Source of the DNA: Camelus dromedarius
Taxonomy: Eukaryota
Length of the DNA: 64,000 bases
Assembly (NCBI RefSeq): GCF_036321535.1
Contig: NC_087441.1
Coordinates: 27,466,001 to 27,530,000, forward strand
Reading direction: 5' to 3'
Shown: piece after piece, positions 38,250-50,660 of the stretch
How positions within the stretch are numbered: position 1 is the first letter of the stretch
Layout: every line of letters starts with the position of its first letter
Position numbers and translations under genes: made by a program
Notes under the pieces: generated by a model
Seen by the model: only the letters and a program-made list of their open reading frames with translations
Database searches by the model: none
Told to the model about the DNA's origin: nothing

Positions 38250-40700
38250 CCAGCTTTGGAGATGGCTTGCACTCTGTCTACGGCGTGTGTACCTACTTTT
38301 ACTCTAATCTGAGCGTGTGTACCTACTTTTACTCTAATCTGAGCACCCAACCCCCACACCTCGTGGCCTTTCTCTTGCCTTTTGATGTATCTCTAAATAA
38401 ATCTACATTTACTCAACTTTGGCTCACTCTTGAATTCTTTCCTGCGTGAAGCGAAGGACCCACACCTGACAGGGCACGTCCCAGGGACTCAGCCGAGACC
38501 TGGGACACGGCCCTCCTCACTCCCCACATCTGTATTCCAGCATCATATCTCTGGTGCCCAAAGCGATGCTTTTACATAAATGGGACTCAAAGGGCATAAT
38601 CTCAACCTGCCTGTTGGGCTACGGCTCCCTTCTCTTCCAGGGGTTTTCTCCCACACCACGCAGATTCAAGTAGCCCTGTAGGTGGCAGCTGATGCTGCCT
38701 GCAAGATCTGGCAGCGACCAGCTCTCTAGCCGTGAAGGAGCCCACCGAGCCCAAGGCTTTTCTCCCCTCGATCTTTTCTCATTCTCCCCTCTATGGCTCT
38801 ATCTCTTCAGACTCGAGAAGATCCACCAAGGAGACCACTCAGACATCCAAACTGAGACCACATGGCAAGTCGCTGACTAGGTGAGCTTCCCCTCCGTGGT
38901 TCCTGAGCCTGATTCCTCTTCCCTGCACGGTCTTGGTCTGGTTCTGGGATGCTGGAATTGTGAAAGGGGGCCCAAGTTAGGGGACTCTGGGAGCTCCCCT
39001 TTAAAAATTTGCAGCCCGGCCCTCCCCGAGTACCCTCGGTGGGGGGGGGGGGGCATGGCCTTGTTGCATCTGTAGGCAGGAGTCGTGGGCTGGCACTCCC
39101 CATTTGGATCGCAGTTTCCAGCACCCCTCGGTGGGGTCGCAGGATTTAGTACCCTTGAGTGGGCGTCGCAGGTGGGCACTCCCTTCATGGGACATGGTTT
39201 GTGCACCCCTTCTGGGGTCACGGTTTCACGATTTTGTTACCCCACTGGGTGGGAGTCGCAGGCAGGCACTCCCTCAGTGGGCCGAAGGACCTATATTCTA
39301 GGAAGCGTTGTGGCTGTAGCATTCCCGTTTTGTCCTAGATTTCTACCTTCTGAAGCTATTTTGTGTCCGGCAATCAGCTTAACTGACTCAGGACCTAGGT
39401 ATCCTCCTTCCCTCTAAGGGATTTAGACCCTGGGACTCCAGTCACCTTTTCTCCCACTGGCCCTTGCTCCTGACTAGTCCAAAGGAGCAACCTCAGGCTC
39501 ACAGGCATGATATCCTAAGCATGATGGGGACAACAAGTACCCCAAAGAACTCCCCATTAGGATACATATTCATAAACTGGGAAAAGTTTAAACAGGATAA
39601 TTTGAGGAAAATGGAGTTAATTTTCCTTTGTAATACTGCATGGCCCCTACACAAACTAGGGGACCAAGAGGTCTGGCCAAAGAATGGGTTGTTAAATGAC
39701 AACCCTATCTTACAGCTAGACCTGTTTTGTAAAAGAGGAGGTAAACGGGGGGTGGGGGGAGTCCAATACTTTCACATGTTTCTGACCCTATCTCAAGACC
39801 CAGGTTTAGGGAACTCCTGCCGGGTATGCCTGGCTCGCTTACCCTTCAAAGCATCTCCCCCAACAGGAGCACGATGTTTTAGATGACTCTTTATGGGTCC
39901 ACCTCCCTGAAGTCCACAGCCAGGAACTTTTACCTCCCTCAACTCCCAATCATCTACCCTAAGGCCCCTTCTGGGCAGCTAGGGACCCCAGATCCCCATG
40001 AATCAGCTCATGGATCTGGCGTTTAAAGTATTGAACAACAGAGACATGGCTAAAGAGGCAAAAAGGATTCAGGGACAACAGTGACAGGCACAATTCTTAG
40101 TGGCAGCCTTAATCCCTGCTCCACCTCAGGGTTACCCTCCACAGAGACCCATGGCGAGGACAGGATCCATGATGCCTGGTTCAGGGCCACTGTCTCACTG
40201 AAAAGGGACCTGTTTTAAGTACAGCCATGAGGGCCACTGGAAAAACAAATGTCCCATGTATGGGGAAAGTCCACCAGGACCCTGCCCCCTATGCAAACAA
40301 AAAGGTCACTGGAAGTGGGACTGGCCCCAGTCCCGAAGGGTGCTTGGAGCTCCCAAACCAATGATGGCTGAGATGACCAAAGACTGACTGGGCCTGGGAC
40401 CCTCCCTGGCTCCCACAGGACACCTGGTCATTTCTCTGGAGGAGCTTTGGGTAACCTTTGACGTGGCAGGTAAAAAAGTTGTCTTCTTGTTAGATAAAGG
40501 AGCCACCTACTCTGTGCTGACTGATTTCCCTGGACCCTTGTCCTCCCATCCTGTGTAATAATGGGGATCAATAGAAGGCCAAAAAGAAGGTGCTTACTAA
40601 AAATTTACTTTTACACAGGAGTTTTTGCTGGTGGCTGAGTGCCCCATCCCCTACGTTGGGAAAGGACCTAATTGCTCAGTAAATCGCAGTAAGTAGTCCA
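38250..40700 (+). mobile_element. Second class I ERV fragment: partial LTR, PBS-like site, leader, gag (capsid largely deleted), pro
   Basis: AATAAA and U5-like ...CATCA end at 38545, TGGTGCCC at 38552. Matrix-like SPLGYIFINWEKF...LIFLCNTAWP...WPKNGLLNDNPILQLDLFCKRGGK, capsid end LMDLAFKVLNNRD, knuckle remnants (CFKYSHEGHWKNKCP; CPLCKQKGHWKWDWP), protease FDVAGKKVVFLLDKGATYSVL. Confidence 0.85.
38283..38342 (+). repeat. Perfect 30-bp tandem duplication inside the ERV LTR
   Basis: GCGTGTGTACCTACTTTTACTCTAATCTGA occurs twice in tandem. Confidence 0.95.
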
Positions 40701-41349
40701 ATTCAAAGACATTCACATGAAAGACAGGCACCAAAACGCCTACTCTGGGCTTTGGGAGTCGGCCTCAGTCCCAAGCCAGCAGAGGTCTCCCTTCCACCCC
40801 ATATTGTTTCTCAACTTTTATTGAATTAACAGTGTAAAATACTCCAGAGAGCAAAATAAAAAATTAACAGTGTATATTGTTTATACTCTTTTTGATACAC
40901 ATTTTGTGGCAGGAAAAGCATGAAATTTTTTGACCCCACAACATCCAGGGGAAGTAAGTACTCACGACATTTAGGTGAGAAAACTGCTGAAAAGAATGTG
41001 GAAGTGAATTACACATTGTTTTCAAGAGAAAACATTCGGTGTGGAAATGGCTGCTGCTAGTAATAATTGATAGTTCTTGCACTTGCAGATTTTCCATTAG
41101 CTAATGATCGTTATGGCAGTCTTTTTGTGGTAAAATTTTTCCACAGTATTCTAATTCTGTGTAATGCCTGTAGCTAACATCTGATCCCAAGGCAGAATTA
41201 CTGTTCCCTCCATGTTACAAGGGAACATTCCAGGATTCTGCCCAGCCATTAAGCAGGACAGGCTTACCTGCTGCCCCCGAAGCCCCAGGAAGGTACAGAG
41301 GAGACAGAGTCACAGCAGAGCAGCAAATAAACAGCCCCTGGGCTGCAGC

Positions 41350-41734
41350 TCTTACAGGCTGAATTGTGTCCCCTGCAAATGCGTATGTTGAAGTCCTACC
41401 ACCCAGCACTGCAGAACGTAACTGTATATGGAGACAAGGTCTTTTAAAAGTACTAAGTTAAAGTGAGTTTTTAAGGGTGAGCCTTAATCAAATATGACTG
41501 GTGCTTTTTATAAGAGAGGAGATTAGGACCCAGACTCACTTGGCAAAGAGCATGTGAGGACACAGGGAGAAGGCAGCCATCTGCAAGCCAAGGAGAGGGT
41601 CCTCAGAAGAAACCGGCCCTACTGACACCTTGATTTTGGAAGTTTAGCCTCTAAAATCAGGAAAAAATAATTTCTGTTGTTTAAGCCACCCAGTCTGTGG
41701 TACTTTGTTATGGTAGCCAGAGTAAACTAACACA
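41350..41734 (+). mobile_element. MLT1-type MaLR solo LTR (right-arm copy)
   Basis: GCTGAATTGTGTCCCC...AAGCCACCCAGTCTGTGGTACTTTGTTATGG...AACTAACACA. Confidence 0.85.
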
Positions 41735-42137
41735 ATGCTGCAAAAGACCAGGAAAGAAGGAGCATTTAAGGATACGTGAGAGTTGAGTATAAATGAGAAA
41801 ATCACTAGAGATCACAAAACCAAAATGAGAGTCAGAACTCAATGAAATTGGAAGAAACAAGTGCACATGGTAAGGACGTGAACAGAGCTTTGAGACAGGT
41901 GACATAGGTGATGCACTTTGTCATTTATTACTTAGTGCAATGGACATCTTTACGATGTAAATATTTTTACAATATCTTATAAATGAAAGTGCCTCCCTGT
42001 GACTTTGTTCCTAGCTAATTTGAAAGCATAATAAATTTCCCCAATCTTGAAAGGTATTATTCATTTCTTTTATCTAATTTCATCATAAATTCATAATTTT
42101 GAAAATATCCTTACATTTCTCAACTTAGTGCTTATAT

Positions 42138-43169
42138 TCATTCTGAAAATAAACTAATGGTTGATGAAGTATTCTTAAAAAGTCCCCCCCTTAAAATAAC
42201 TTCTATGGCTTTCCTAAACCATGGATAAAATAAAGCATAAATCAAAGGGTTCATGGCTGAGTTATAATAAGCACCCCAACAGCAAATCTCATAAATATAG
42301 GCAGGGGTTGTGAAGCCCATATAAGCATCAATTAATGTATCCATGGTGTATGGTAACCATGCAATCATAAATGCTACCACGGTGACCCCCAGGATTTTGG
42401 CTGCTTTTCTCTCTCTCCTGGCCACTCTGGCTTTGTAACTTTCTGAGGATGATTCTGCTTTGCTACCAGTATTTTCAATTTTTACAGCTTGTTGTTTAGC
42501 TATGAGAAAAATCTTACTGTAAAGAATGATCATAACAAGAGTAGGTATGAAGAATAACAGAAAATCTATCAAAACCCATTGCTGATTTACAACAATTTGA
42601 CAACCACCTATACAGCTGAGAGCACTTACTAATTCCTCCATCCCATCATCACTGACACCTGTGTAGAACACAGCACCGCTGTAAGCAATGGGCAGGACCC
42701 AGGAGAGGCCGATGCATATGCCTGACACAGACACCGTGAACTTGGTGGGATAGACCAGAGGGTCCGTCACAGCAATGTACCTGTCGATGGAGATGAAGCA
42801 CAAGTGGAAGACAGAAGAGTAACAAAATGCCACATCACAGCAACTGTGAAGGGCACAGAATCTGGCTCCAAAATACCAGCAGCTCTCTACGGACCTGACC
42901 AGGCTGAAAGGCATCACAGTCACTCCCACCAGAAAGTCAGCACAGGCCAGAGAGGCGATGAGAAAATTGGTTGGAGAATGCAGCTGCTTGAAGTGAAGAA
43001 CTGATGTCATCACCAAGAGGTTTCCGAACACAGCCACTAAAGACCCAAAGCCAAACAGTGTGTACAGAATCACCCGAGAGCCGGGTGAGTAGGGAGTTTT
43101 AATACAAGACCCATTCACATTCTCATAGCAGAGCTGCACAGCTGCAGGTTGGGAAAGATTGCTGGTCAT
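42138..43169 (-). CDS. TAAR8: Trace amine-associated receptor 8 (right-arm copy), 343 aa
   Basis: Intact ORF. Differs from the 3942-4973 copy at 2 nucleotides by manual comparison (K323E, D333N). Confidence 0.93.
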   Translation of the reverse strand: MTSNLSQPAAVQLCYENVNGSCIKTPYSPGSRVILYTLFGFGSLVAVFGNLLVMTSVLHFKQLHSPTNFLIASLACADFLVGVTVMPFSLVRSVESCWYFGARFCALHSCCDVAFCYSSVFHLCFISIDRYIAVTDPLVYPTKFTVSVSGICIGLSWVLPIAYSGAVFYTGVSDDGMEELVSALSCIGGCQIVVNQQWVLIDFLLFFIPTLVMIILYSKIFLIAKQQAVKIENTGSKAESSSESYKARVARRERKAAKILGVTVVAFMIAWLPYTMDTLIDAYMGFTTPAYIYEICCWGAYYNSAMNPLIYALFYPWFRKAIEVILRGGLFKNTSSTISLFSE

Positions 43170-43659
43170 GGTTCTGCAGAGTGATGCTTGCTGTGTTTCT
43201 GCCCTTCAGAAAGAAGGTTTTCAATTCTGAAAATTAAAAAAAATAAAATATAACTGCGTATTTGAGTGCTGCTTTTAGAAACTGCCTCATATTACATCCA
43301 TTTCCCTTTTTACTATGAAGTGCAATTAAAAGAATTTTAAAAACTCAGAATTTTTTCTTTCTGTGTTCATATAATGATTACTGTAACTATGTCTAAATCT
43401 CATAGTTAACTCTAAGCAAATCTACTATGAATTTTCATCAGCCCCAGAAATCACATTATCTGAATAACTGAAACACTTTAATTTAAATATTTGGTCCTTT
43501 ACACCTGTGAGGTTCTTCCTTACAGAGGATAATTGCATATAATAGTTGCATGTTTGAATCTTAATAGACTTTCACCTTCACTTTGTCTGAGACATTAACA
43601 CCTAGGGTGCTTTAGGAAGCCAGCCAGTAAACTTTACCCATTATAAGTTCCTCACAAGC

Positions 43660-43672
43660 AATCCCTGCGGTG
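43660..43672 (-). promoter_or_regulatory. Shared TAAR upstream motif, variant CACCGCAGGGATT
   Basis: About 491 bp upstream of the right-arm TAAR8 ATG. Three changes versus the left copy. Confidence 0.5.
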
Positions 43673-45369
43673 TAAGGTGTGAATCGTGAAAGGAAACTCA
43701 CTTTTGAGAATTATAATTAAAAAGTTCTTCTACAAAACATCTCTCTCTGAACTCTGTTACTCTACAGAAATACTTCTGATTTTCACAGCCAAGAGATTTC
43801 TTTAAGTTCTGTCCTGAAATAGCCTCACCCAGAATTGAACAGCAATATTACCTATTTCCTATTTACAAGACTTGCTATGCACTATGTAGGGTCCAGTGAA
43901 AAATAAAAACGTGGGGCCTTTTGTTCAAATATAGAACTAGGCACTCTGAATAGGCACTCTGAAATAGTTACTAAAATATAAAAATATTTCCATTTTTCTG
44001 CAATGTCTTTTGACCTGCCATATGTTTTTTTGCTATGAAGCATCTCACTCCCTTGGGCATTCAGATATTAGCAGGGCGAGTTTAGCCCGTCACAGGTGCT
44101 GGAGACCCTGCCTTGAGACTCAGTATGCTCGTGCCCACCCGCTGCCAGGCTCCCCCTCCCACAAAGAGCTGACTGAATATTTCACACCCAGGTCGGGCCA
44201 AGGAAGCTGAGCCAGGTACCTGCCCCCTTCCTGGGCCGGCCGCCTCAACCAAAGGAGACAGGTGACCTTCTAGGACTGCAACTATAGCAACCCATTTGGT
44301 ACCTGAACTGGGGGTGAGGGAGGGGTTTGGACCCGCTCAGTCCATGGAATATGCTGTAGCCCCACCAGCCTGAGATGGGATGACAGTACCATGCCTCGTC
44401 CTGAGACTGCCCAGTGCACATGTGACCCCCAACCCTCCCTGCATCATATCTAGTCCTCAGACAGGGTGAGGTGCCTACTGGCACTGCTAGTAGGTTGGGG
44501 TGAGGAAGGAGGCTGAATTGTGCCCAAAGTCCTGGGGATCAGGGGTAGGCAGCTGAGAACCCATCCCAGGGGAAGGGAGGTGGTGTAATGGATGACAGTC
44601 CTAGGTCATGTGATTCCAGGGTCCAAGCCCCCACACATGCTCCACTGCCCTTTAGGATTTCACATACAAAACACGAATTCAAAGACAAAATGATTAAGAA
44701 TTCCATGACTACAAAAATCAGGCCTCAAAGCCCAAGAGCAGGGCTCTATGCCAATGGACAAGCCTATGAAAAGGCCCTGCCTAGTTCACTTCAGAGATTA
44801 AATTATCTAAGTTGTAATAGCAACTAAGAGATGAAGCAAAGAAAATCAACTGCAGGCCACTGCAAAACTGCCACATGGGAGAGTGTGGGAGCCGAGGGCC
44901 AGGCGGTGCTGACAGTACCAGCCTTTCCTGACACTGAGTCTTTGCCCTTGCGATATTAGCAGGAATTCAGAGAATTAGAGAGGTATATTAAAAACTGAAA
45001 ACCCCATTGAAATATTTCAAGTCTGAGGAAAATTGCTAGCATTGATCCTGGAAGGTATATAGGAAGGACCCTACAAAACAAATAAGAAGTGATGAAGAAT
45101 TTTTTCCTTTACAATACATTCATTACTTGAATAAGAAGTATGATCTGCCATTTAGGATTAAGATTTTAAAAATGCATTGGAATAAAAGTAAAACAGATAG
45201 TAAAGATGTTCCATGAAAACAATTATTTGGTTAATCATCTACCAAATTCTTCTTGGTAATACTATCTTTTCTTCTCTTTCAGTTCTCAAACCTAACTTGA
45301 TTTCACTCCACTCTTATTCAGTAACCTTGCCTCCTTATTTTCTGAAAATATGACATACATTATTTAAAG

Positions 45370-46110
45370 AGTGAAAGGACATGGAGGTTTAGGGCTGTGT
45401 GATGGAAGCAGGAATCAAGGGTTACTCTCAGGTTTTTAGGTTGCCAACAAGAAAGATACGGTATCTAGCAGAAAGAGTATATCTGGGGAGAAAGATGATG
45501 GGTTAAGTTGGGATTGGTTGGAGGGACATAAAACTGGAGTTCTTCAGTAAGTAATTTAGACTTACATTTTCAGCTCAGGACAAAAATTTGTGCTGGATAT
45601 AATCATTTGGGATTCTTCAGCATAATGGTGATTTTGAGGCCATAGGAGTAAATGTGATTGTCTGGTACACACCTGACATAATGCCTGGGCTGTATCAGAC
45701 ACTCAGTAAATATTTTTGATTGTTTTACAGTGGATGCAGTGAAAATAGAGGAACTAGATGTGTACCAATTTCAAAGTTATGCCTGAAGAGTGGACAGAAA
45801 TACAGATAAGGAAATAGGAAAAAGTGGTCTTACAGCCCCCCCTGGGATGAAAGAGGCTCATGAAGGAGGGCATACCAAGAGTGTCCAATGTTGATGATGG
45901 ATCAGGTTAAGTAAAAATCAAGAACTGCTTGTTGGCATTTACAACTAGACCACTGATGAACATGATTCAGCCTCTTCTGGTGTAATGTTGAGAACAGAAT
46001 CCAAATTGCAGTGGATTGAGAACGAATGGGAATGGGTAGAGAAGGCAAGGAAACCATAAGCATTGACCGATATTTTAATAAGCCAACTGTAAAGAGGAAA
46101 AGCGACACCT
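45370..46110 (-). mobile_element. L2 relics
   Basis: TTTGGGATTCTTCAGCATAATGG...GAGGCCATAGG and AGAATCCAAATTGCAGTGGATTGAG are typical antisense L2 text. Confidence 0.55.
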
Positions 46111-46394
46111 AGTGGATATCAAAAGACAGATTCAGAGAATATCCATGTTGTTTTTGTTTTGTTTTGATTTGATTTATTTGTTATTTTATTCTGGGGTGCT
46201 GAAGAAAAACTAATAATGAAGTATACGAGACCAAAGACTGAGCTTCAATTGGAAAAGTTTTATTGCCAAGCAGGGGAGCAAACAAGCACAGATCTAGACT
46301 CTGGAAGATTAGGGTCAAGGGAGTAGAAATAGGGAAGGTTTCTTAAAGCCAAAGGGCCATGAACAAGGGGTGCCTAACTCTGGATTTTGACATT

Positions 46395-46922
46395 GTATTG
46401 GCTTCTCGTGGCTGCTGTAACAAATTACCACAAACGTAGTGGCTTAAAGCAACACAAATTTATTATCTTCCAGTTTTGGAGGTTGGAAATTTGATGGGTC
46501 TCATTGGACACCTCCATAAACTAGAGCCTGTTGTTTCCTTCTGGGAAATAACTGATTCACGGGTAGGTCTGAGTCTCTGCTACCCAGTTATCTTCACTTC
46601 ATTATACATGGTAACATATTGCTATAAACTGAATATTTGTGTCCCTTCAGAATTCATCTGCTGAAATGTAACCTCCGATGTGATGGTATTAGTAGGTCCT
46701 GAGGGTGGAGCCCCCGTGAATGAGATGGGGGCTCTTCTAAAAGAGGCCCCAGAAAGATCCCATTTATAAACCAGGAAGTTGGTTTTCACCAGACCTGAAT
46801 CTGGCAGCATCTCAATCTTGAACTTCCCAACCTCCAGAACGGTGAGAAATTAATTTCTGTTGTTTATAAGCCACCCAGTCAATGGCAGTTTTTTTTTATA
46901 GCAGTCCGAGCTGACTAAGGCA
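46395..46922. mobile_element. Two adjacent MaLR (MLT1) LTR relics in opposite orientation
   Basis: GGCTGCTGTAACAAATTACCACAAAC (minus, about 46395-46610) and TGCTATAAACTGAAT...TTTATAAGCCACCCAGTC...GACTAAGGCA (plus, about 46618-46922). Confidence 0.65.
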
Positions 46923-47173
46923 CATATATACTTCACAATAGGGTGAACTGGAGGTGATTTGGGATGTCAGTATAGAAACTCAGTGAAAATGATACCTTTG
47001 CTCTATAATACGGAATAATTACAACTGACCAAGATGGTATTAGTGGCCCCCTCAGCTTGACTAAACTGTAGCTAGCCATCTTCCTAACTCTAGGTCCCTG
47101 ACCTCCCTTTTCCTAGAGCATTTATCTCAGAAAGCTTGTAACTGTAAGTTCTTTCTCTGCCCCTTTGAGGTAT

Positions 47174-47589
47174 TGTCAGCTGAGGGAGGCTTACGTGGGG
47201 TTCTAGGAGGTGAGCGGCCCAAATGAAAAAATGCACGAGGAGTTGCCATACCGCCGGAGACACCATGGGGTTAACAACACTTTATTGCCACAGGGAGGTG
47301 CGCGCCTGTGATGCACCTGTCCTGTTTTTACCTGTTTTCCTGTCAGCACATGCGCAGTCTGAGTTTTTTTTTGTTCATTAGGCTTACAGAATACCTCTAG
47401 CACACACGTACTTCTATTTTCTTTGTTTTAAATCTCATATAATTGACGCATGTGTGGAGCAGTTATTTACTGCATACTACGAACATGCTCTGCAGTCGTG
47501 GCCTTGGGTCCCACAGCCTTAATTTATCTCAAGGCTCTGGCCGTGGCCTTGGGTCCCATGGCCTTAACTCGTCTCAAGGCCAGCTCACA
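47174..47589 (-). mobile_element. Younger 416-bp solo LTR nested in an older ERV1-type LTR (about 46990-47760)
   Basis: Minus strand TGTGAGC...GCTGACA, CpGs retained, internal 45-bp tandem duplication (47497 and 47542), flanks GGTAT/GATAT. The host LTR sequence resumes on both sides. Confidence 0.65.
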
Positions 47590-50403
47590 GATATAAATTG
47601 TTTAAAAAGCCTCTTGACAATTTTACAACCCAGGACTGTTTTTCTCAAGTACCTGAGAGCCATTCCTTTGAAATGTTATCATCACAGAAGACAGTGCCCC
47701 GTCTCCCATTTAGTACTTAGACTAGGCCCTAGCTGGGCAACAATATTTAGCCAGCGGACTCAGGCCAGTATGTGGGTGCAAACAAAAAATGGACAGCAGT
47801 TTCATTACAGACTTGCCCAGCACTGGCCTTGGATGAGAGTGGAGAAGAAAATTTTCTCGATAAGACGACCTTTAATTTCTACTAATTAGTACTAACTGAG
47901 GGACACCAGGAAGTTATGCCAGCTGGATAAATCTTCCCTTCTTGAAAGTTCATGCTTAGCATTTTATTCTTTTTGTAAAGTTCTTCTCTCTGAATGCACC
48001 CTAAAATTTCTCTTGTGCCTTTATCTACTAACAACTCAAGAGGGAAACCCTCTGAGAATGGTCTGTTTTATGGCTAATGCTTCCATTCAGCTAACAGTTA
48101 CTGTTCAGCAGCTCATGTGAAGGAGATGGGTCCCCAGGAGATGTAGAGACAAGGCAGGTGAGGGATGCTAAAGTGAATTTTACCTGCCTCATACATTTAA
48201 CAAAGATGAGTCGTAACAGGAAACTTACATAGTCTTAGCTTTAAAATGGTCTCTACTGCTTAGCTTTGCACTGTTCCTAGAAGTTGATGAAATATTGCCC
48301 TTTGGCACAGCTGGGTACTTACTTTATAACTCATAGGTGTGCATGTGTGTGTGTATGTTTGAACAGAATAAAATATAAGTGTCAGCTGCTATGTAATACT
48401 TGGGAATATAGTCTCTGCCTTTTCATTTCTACGAAATGCTGCTGGTTTTTCTGACTAGTTCGCAGTGACAGTAAAGTATTGGCTTTGAAACAGACATAGG
48501 TCTAAATATCCCAGCTCCAGGATTTAGTGTAATGTAAGCTCTCTGGAATTTGTTTCTTCATTAATAATTTCAATTATTAATATTAACAATAAGGAAAAAA
48601 TACTATTTCTAAAAATACACATAATAGTAATGTAATTAAGCAGTTTATACAAATATCCTTTTATTCATGTAGATTCACATAATCTTAATTTGTATATTTG
48701 GTTTTCTGCTGTCTCTTACTCTTATGGAGGCAGAATTATTACTTCTCTATGAAAGATTTACTTTTGAACTCTTTTTTTTTTTTCTGAACCAGCTAAGTGG
48801 CACTTTTACAGAATCCAGCAACTCTTCCTGAACTAATTATAAAATAATATTTTTTTCCAATACTGTGTCCAATAGCCAAGTGGCCCTTTCAGTTAAGAGG
48901 CTTGATTGCATGACTTCAGAGAATCAGTCTTGTAAAGGCATGTTCTGAAAGTGTCTGAAATAAAATATCCTAATAAAATTCTTTCTACTGAGAACACATA
49001 AAATATGAAACAAATAATATTTATGTGATAGTGGTTTGTTTATTGGCTGATTGGTCTCCAAAATCTGCAGATTTGTTTGAAATCATGGTCATTTTTACAC
49101 AAGACTTTAGTAAGAAAGCTCTATTATTATTTTCGTTGTATAGGTAAGCAACTAAGATATAAAAAGGGTAAGTGAATTAACCAAGGTTGAAGCTGGGAAA
49201 TGGCAGGCATGAGAGTCAAACCCAGGCAGCCTGGCTTTAGAACTTTACTCCGGACTCTGATATCATATGCAGGTTTTTCAGATAAAAGAAAGTGCATGTT
49301 TCCAAAAATGACTTGACAGTTACAATCCTCACAGTAAATCTCTAAGGTATCACCTCGTGTATTCCCACTTCAGGTAGAGACTCAACATTATGGAAGTTTA
49401 TGTGTTCTACCACTTTTTCTCATTAAATATAAAATTATCTTTAGTGATTGGGTTAGACAAAGCTTACTGATAGCCTAAGGCTGGATTTTTCCTAAACCTT
49501 GATTACTAAAGATTTTCTATTTTAGAAAACCAAATAAAAAAGAAAGAGGCAGATTTTTTTGATGTAAAAGATTAATAGACAATTGTTTGATGGGTGAAAA
49601 TAAAGAAGAATTAATCATTCATTTGCTTAAAAGATATCTGTAGGGACTTACTAAGTGCAAGGCACTAGACTAGGTGTTGAAATAATGTGGACAAATAGTT
49701 ACCAGCAAATAAAAAGTATATCAGTAGTATATGAAGAAAGGCTGTTAGAGCAACGCCCAGTGACATTGGCAGCTCTCCAAGAGGATGTAGGTATTAATGA
49801 TGGTTTATTCATCTTTGTAATTTTTTAGTGATAGATTATTCACAGCCTTGCCACTAACTGATAAATTTGCTCTAATCCCAACCAACACTGAGGTAAATGA
49901 CAGCAATTTTATCTGTAACTTTCTATGTCTGAACATTCCATTTCAGTATTTTTTTAAAAAATAAACAATATTTTTTTAAAGTAGCAGTTGTACTTTTAGT
50001 ATCAACTTATTAAGAAAAATCCATGTTGGACAAGAATTATGAATTCAGCAATGCTTTTAAATAAATATGTATTTTATTAATTAAAATAAACATGAATTTT
50101 TAATAATAGTACATCTATGTGAGAAACACAGTATTTGTGAAGTCTACAGCCCAGGCATAACTGGATTAATTATATCTTTGCAATAATTGCCTACTTCTAT
50201 CTTCATTGTGTCTTGTTCCAAATATATTCATGGCTTTGCAGCAGTTTGGTATGCAGCTAGCCAAGAAGTTAAACTAACATTCGTATAAATGAATGAGATG
50301 TAGAAGAAAGGAGTGGCGCTGTAGTGATTATCTAGATAGTTTAGGGGAAAATAACAAATGGATTTTTTCTTTAATCAAAAGACTTCTTTTAAACAAACTT
50401 ATG

Positions 50404-50660
50404 GTTACTGGGGGGCAAGGGGGTGGTAAGGAATAAATTGGGATTTTAAGATTTGAAGATACTAACTACTACATATAAAATAGGTAAACAACAAATTTCT
50501 ACTATATAGCACAGGGAACTATATTCAGTGTCTTATAGTAATCTATAATGAAAAACAGTATGAAAAGGAATGTATGTATGTACATGTATAACTGAAACAT
50601 GCTGTACACCAGAAATTGACACAACATTGTAAACTGACTATACTTCAATTTAAAAAAAGA
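50404..50660 (+). mobile_element. L1 3' end (artiodactyl-type)
   Basis: GGAATAAATTGGGA...CTATATAGCACAGGGAACTATATTCA...AAATTGACACAACATTGTAAACTGACTATACTTCAATT plus A tail. Confidence 0.8.

Larger units (their letters stand above)
27985..44460 (-). repeat. Right arm of inverted segmental duplication, expanded by arm-specific transposons
   Basis: Same homology blocks as the left arm, interrupted by non-shared segments at about 31040-34270 and 35490-40810. Confidence 0.9.

Noticed and set aside
39075-39285. Repeated GTCGCAGG...GCACTCCC units with spacers, CRISPR-like at a glance
   Set aside because: These are degenerate ~85-bp tandem repeats in a retroviral leader in a mammalian genome, and the spacers are related to each other.
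4107-42804. Recurrent short antisense or alternate-frame ORFs inside TAAR genes (for example MEDRRVTK..., MVDGSITE...)
   Set aside because: They are shadows of the conserved TAAR coding sequence, and their recurrence reflects paralogy rather than a separate gene.
3942-43169. Positive selection inferred from six non-synonymous and zero synonymous twin differences
   Set aside because: Too few sites to be significant. Kept only as a hypothesis.
2700-44460. Duplication as an assembly artefact (haplotig or fold-back chimera)
   Set aside because: Flanks are strongly diverged and each arm has private insertions. An artefact or allelic copy would be uniformly near-identical.
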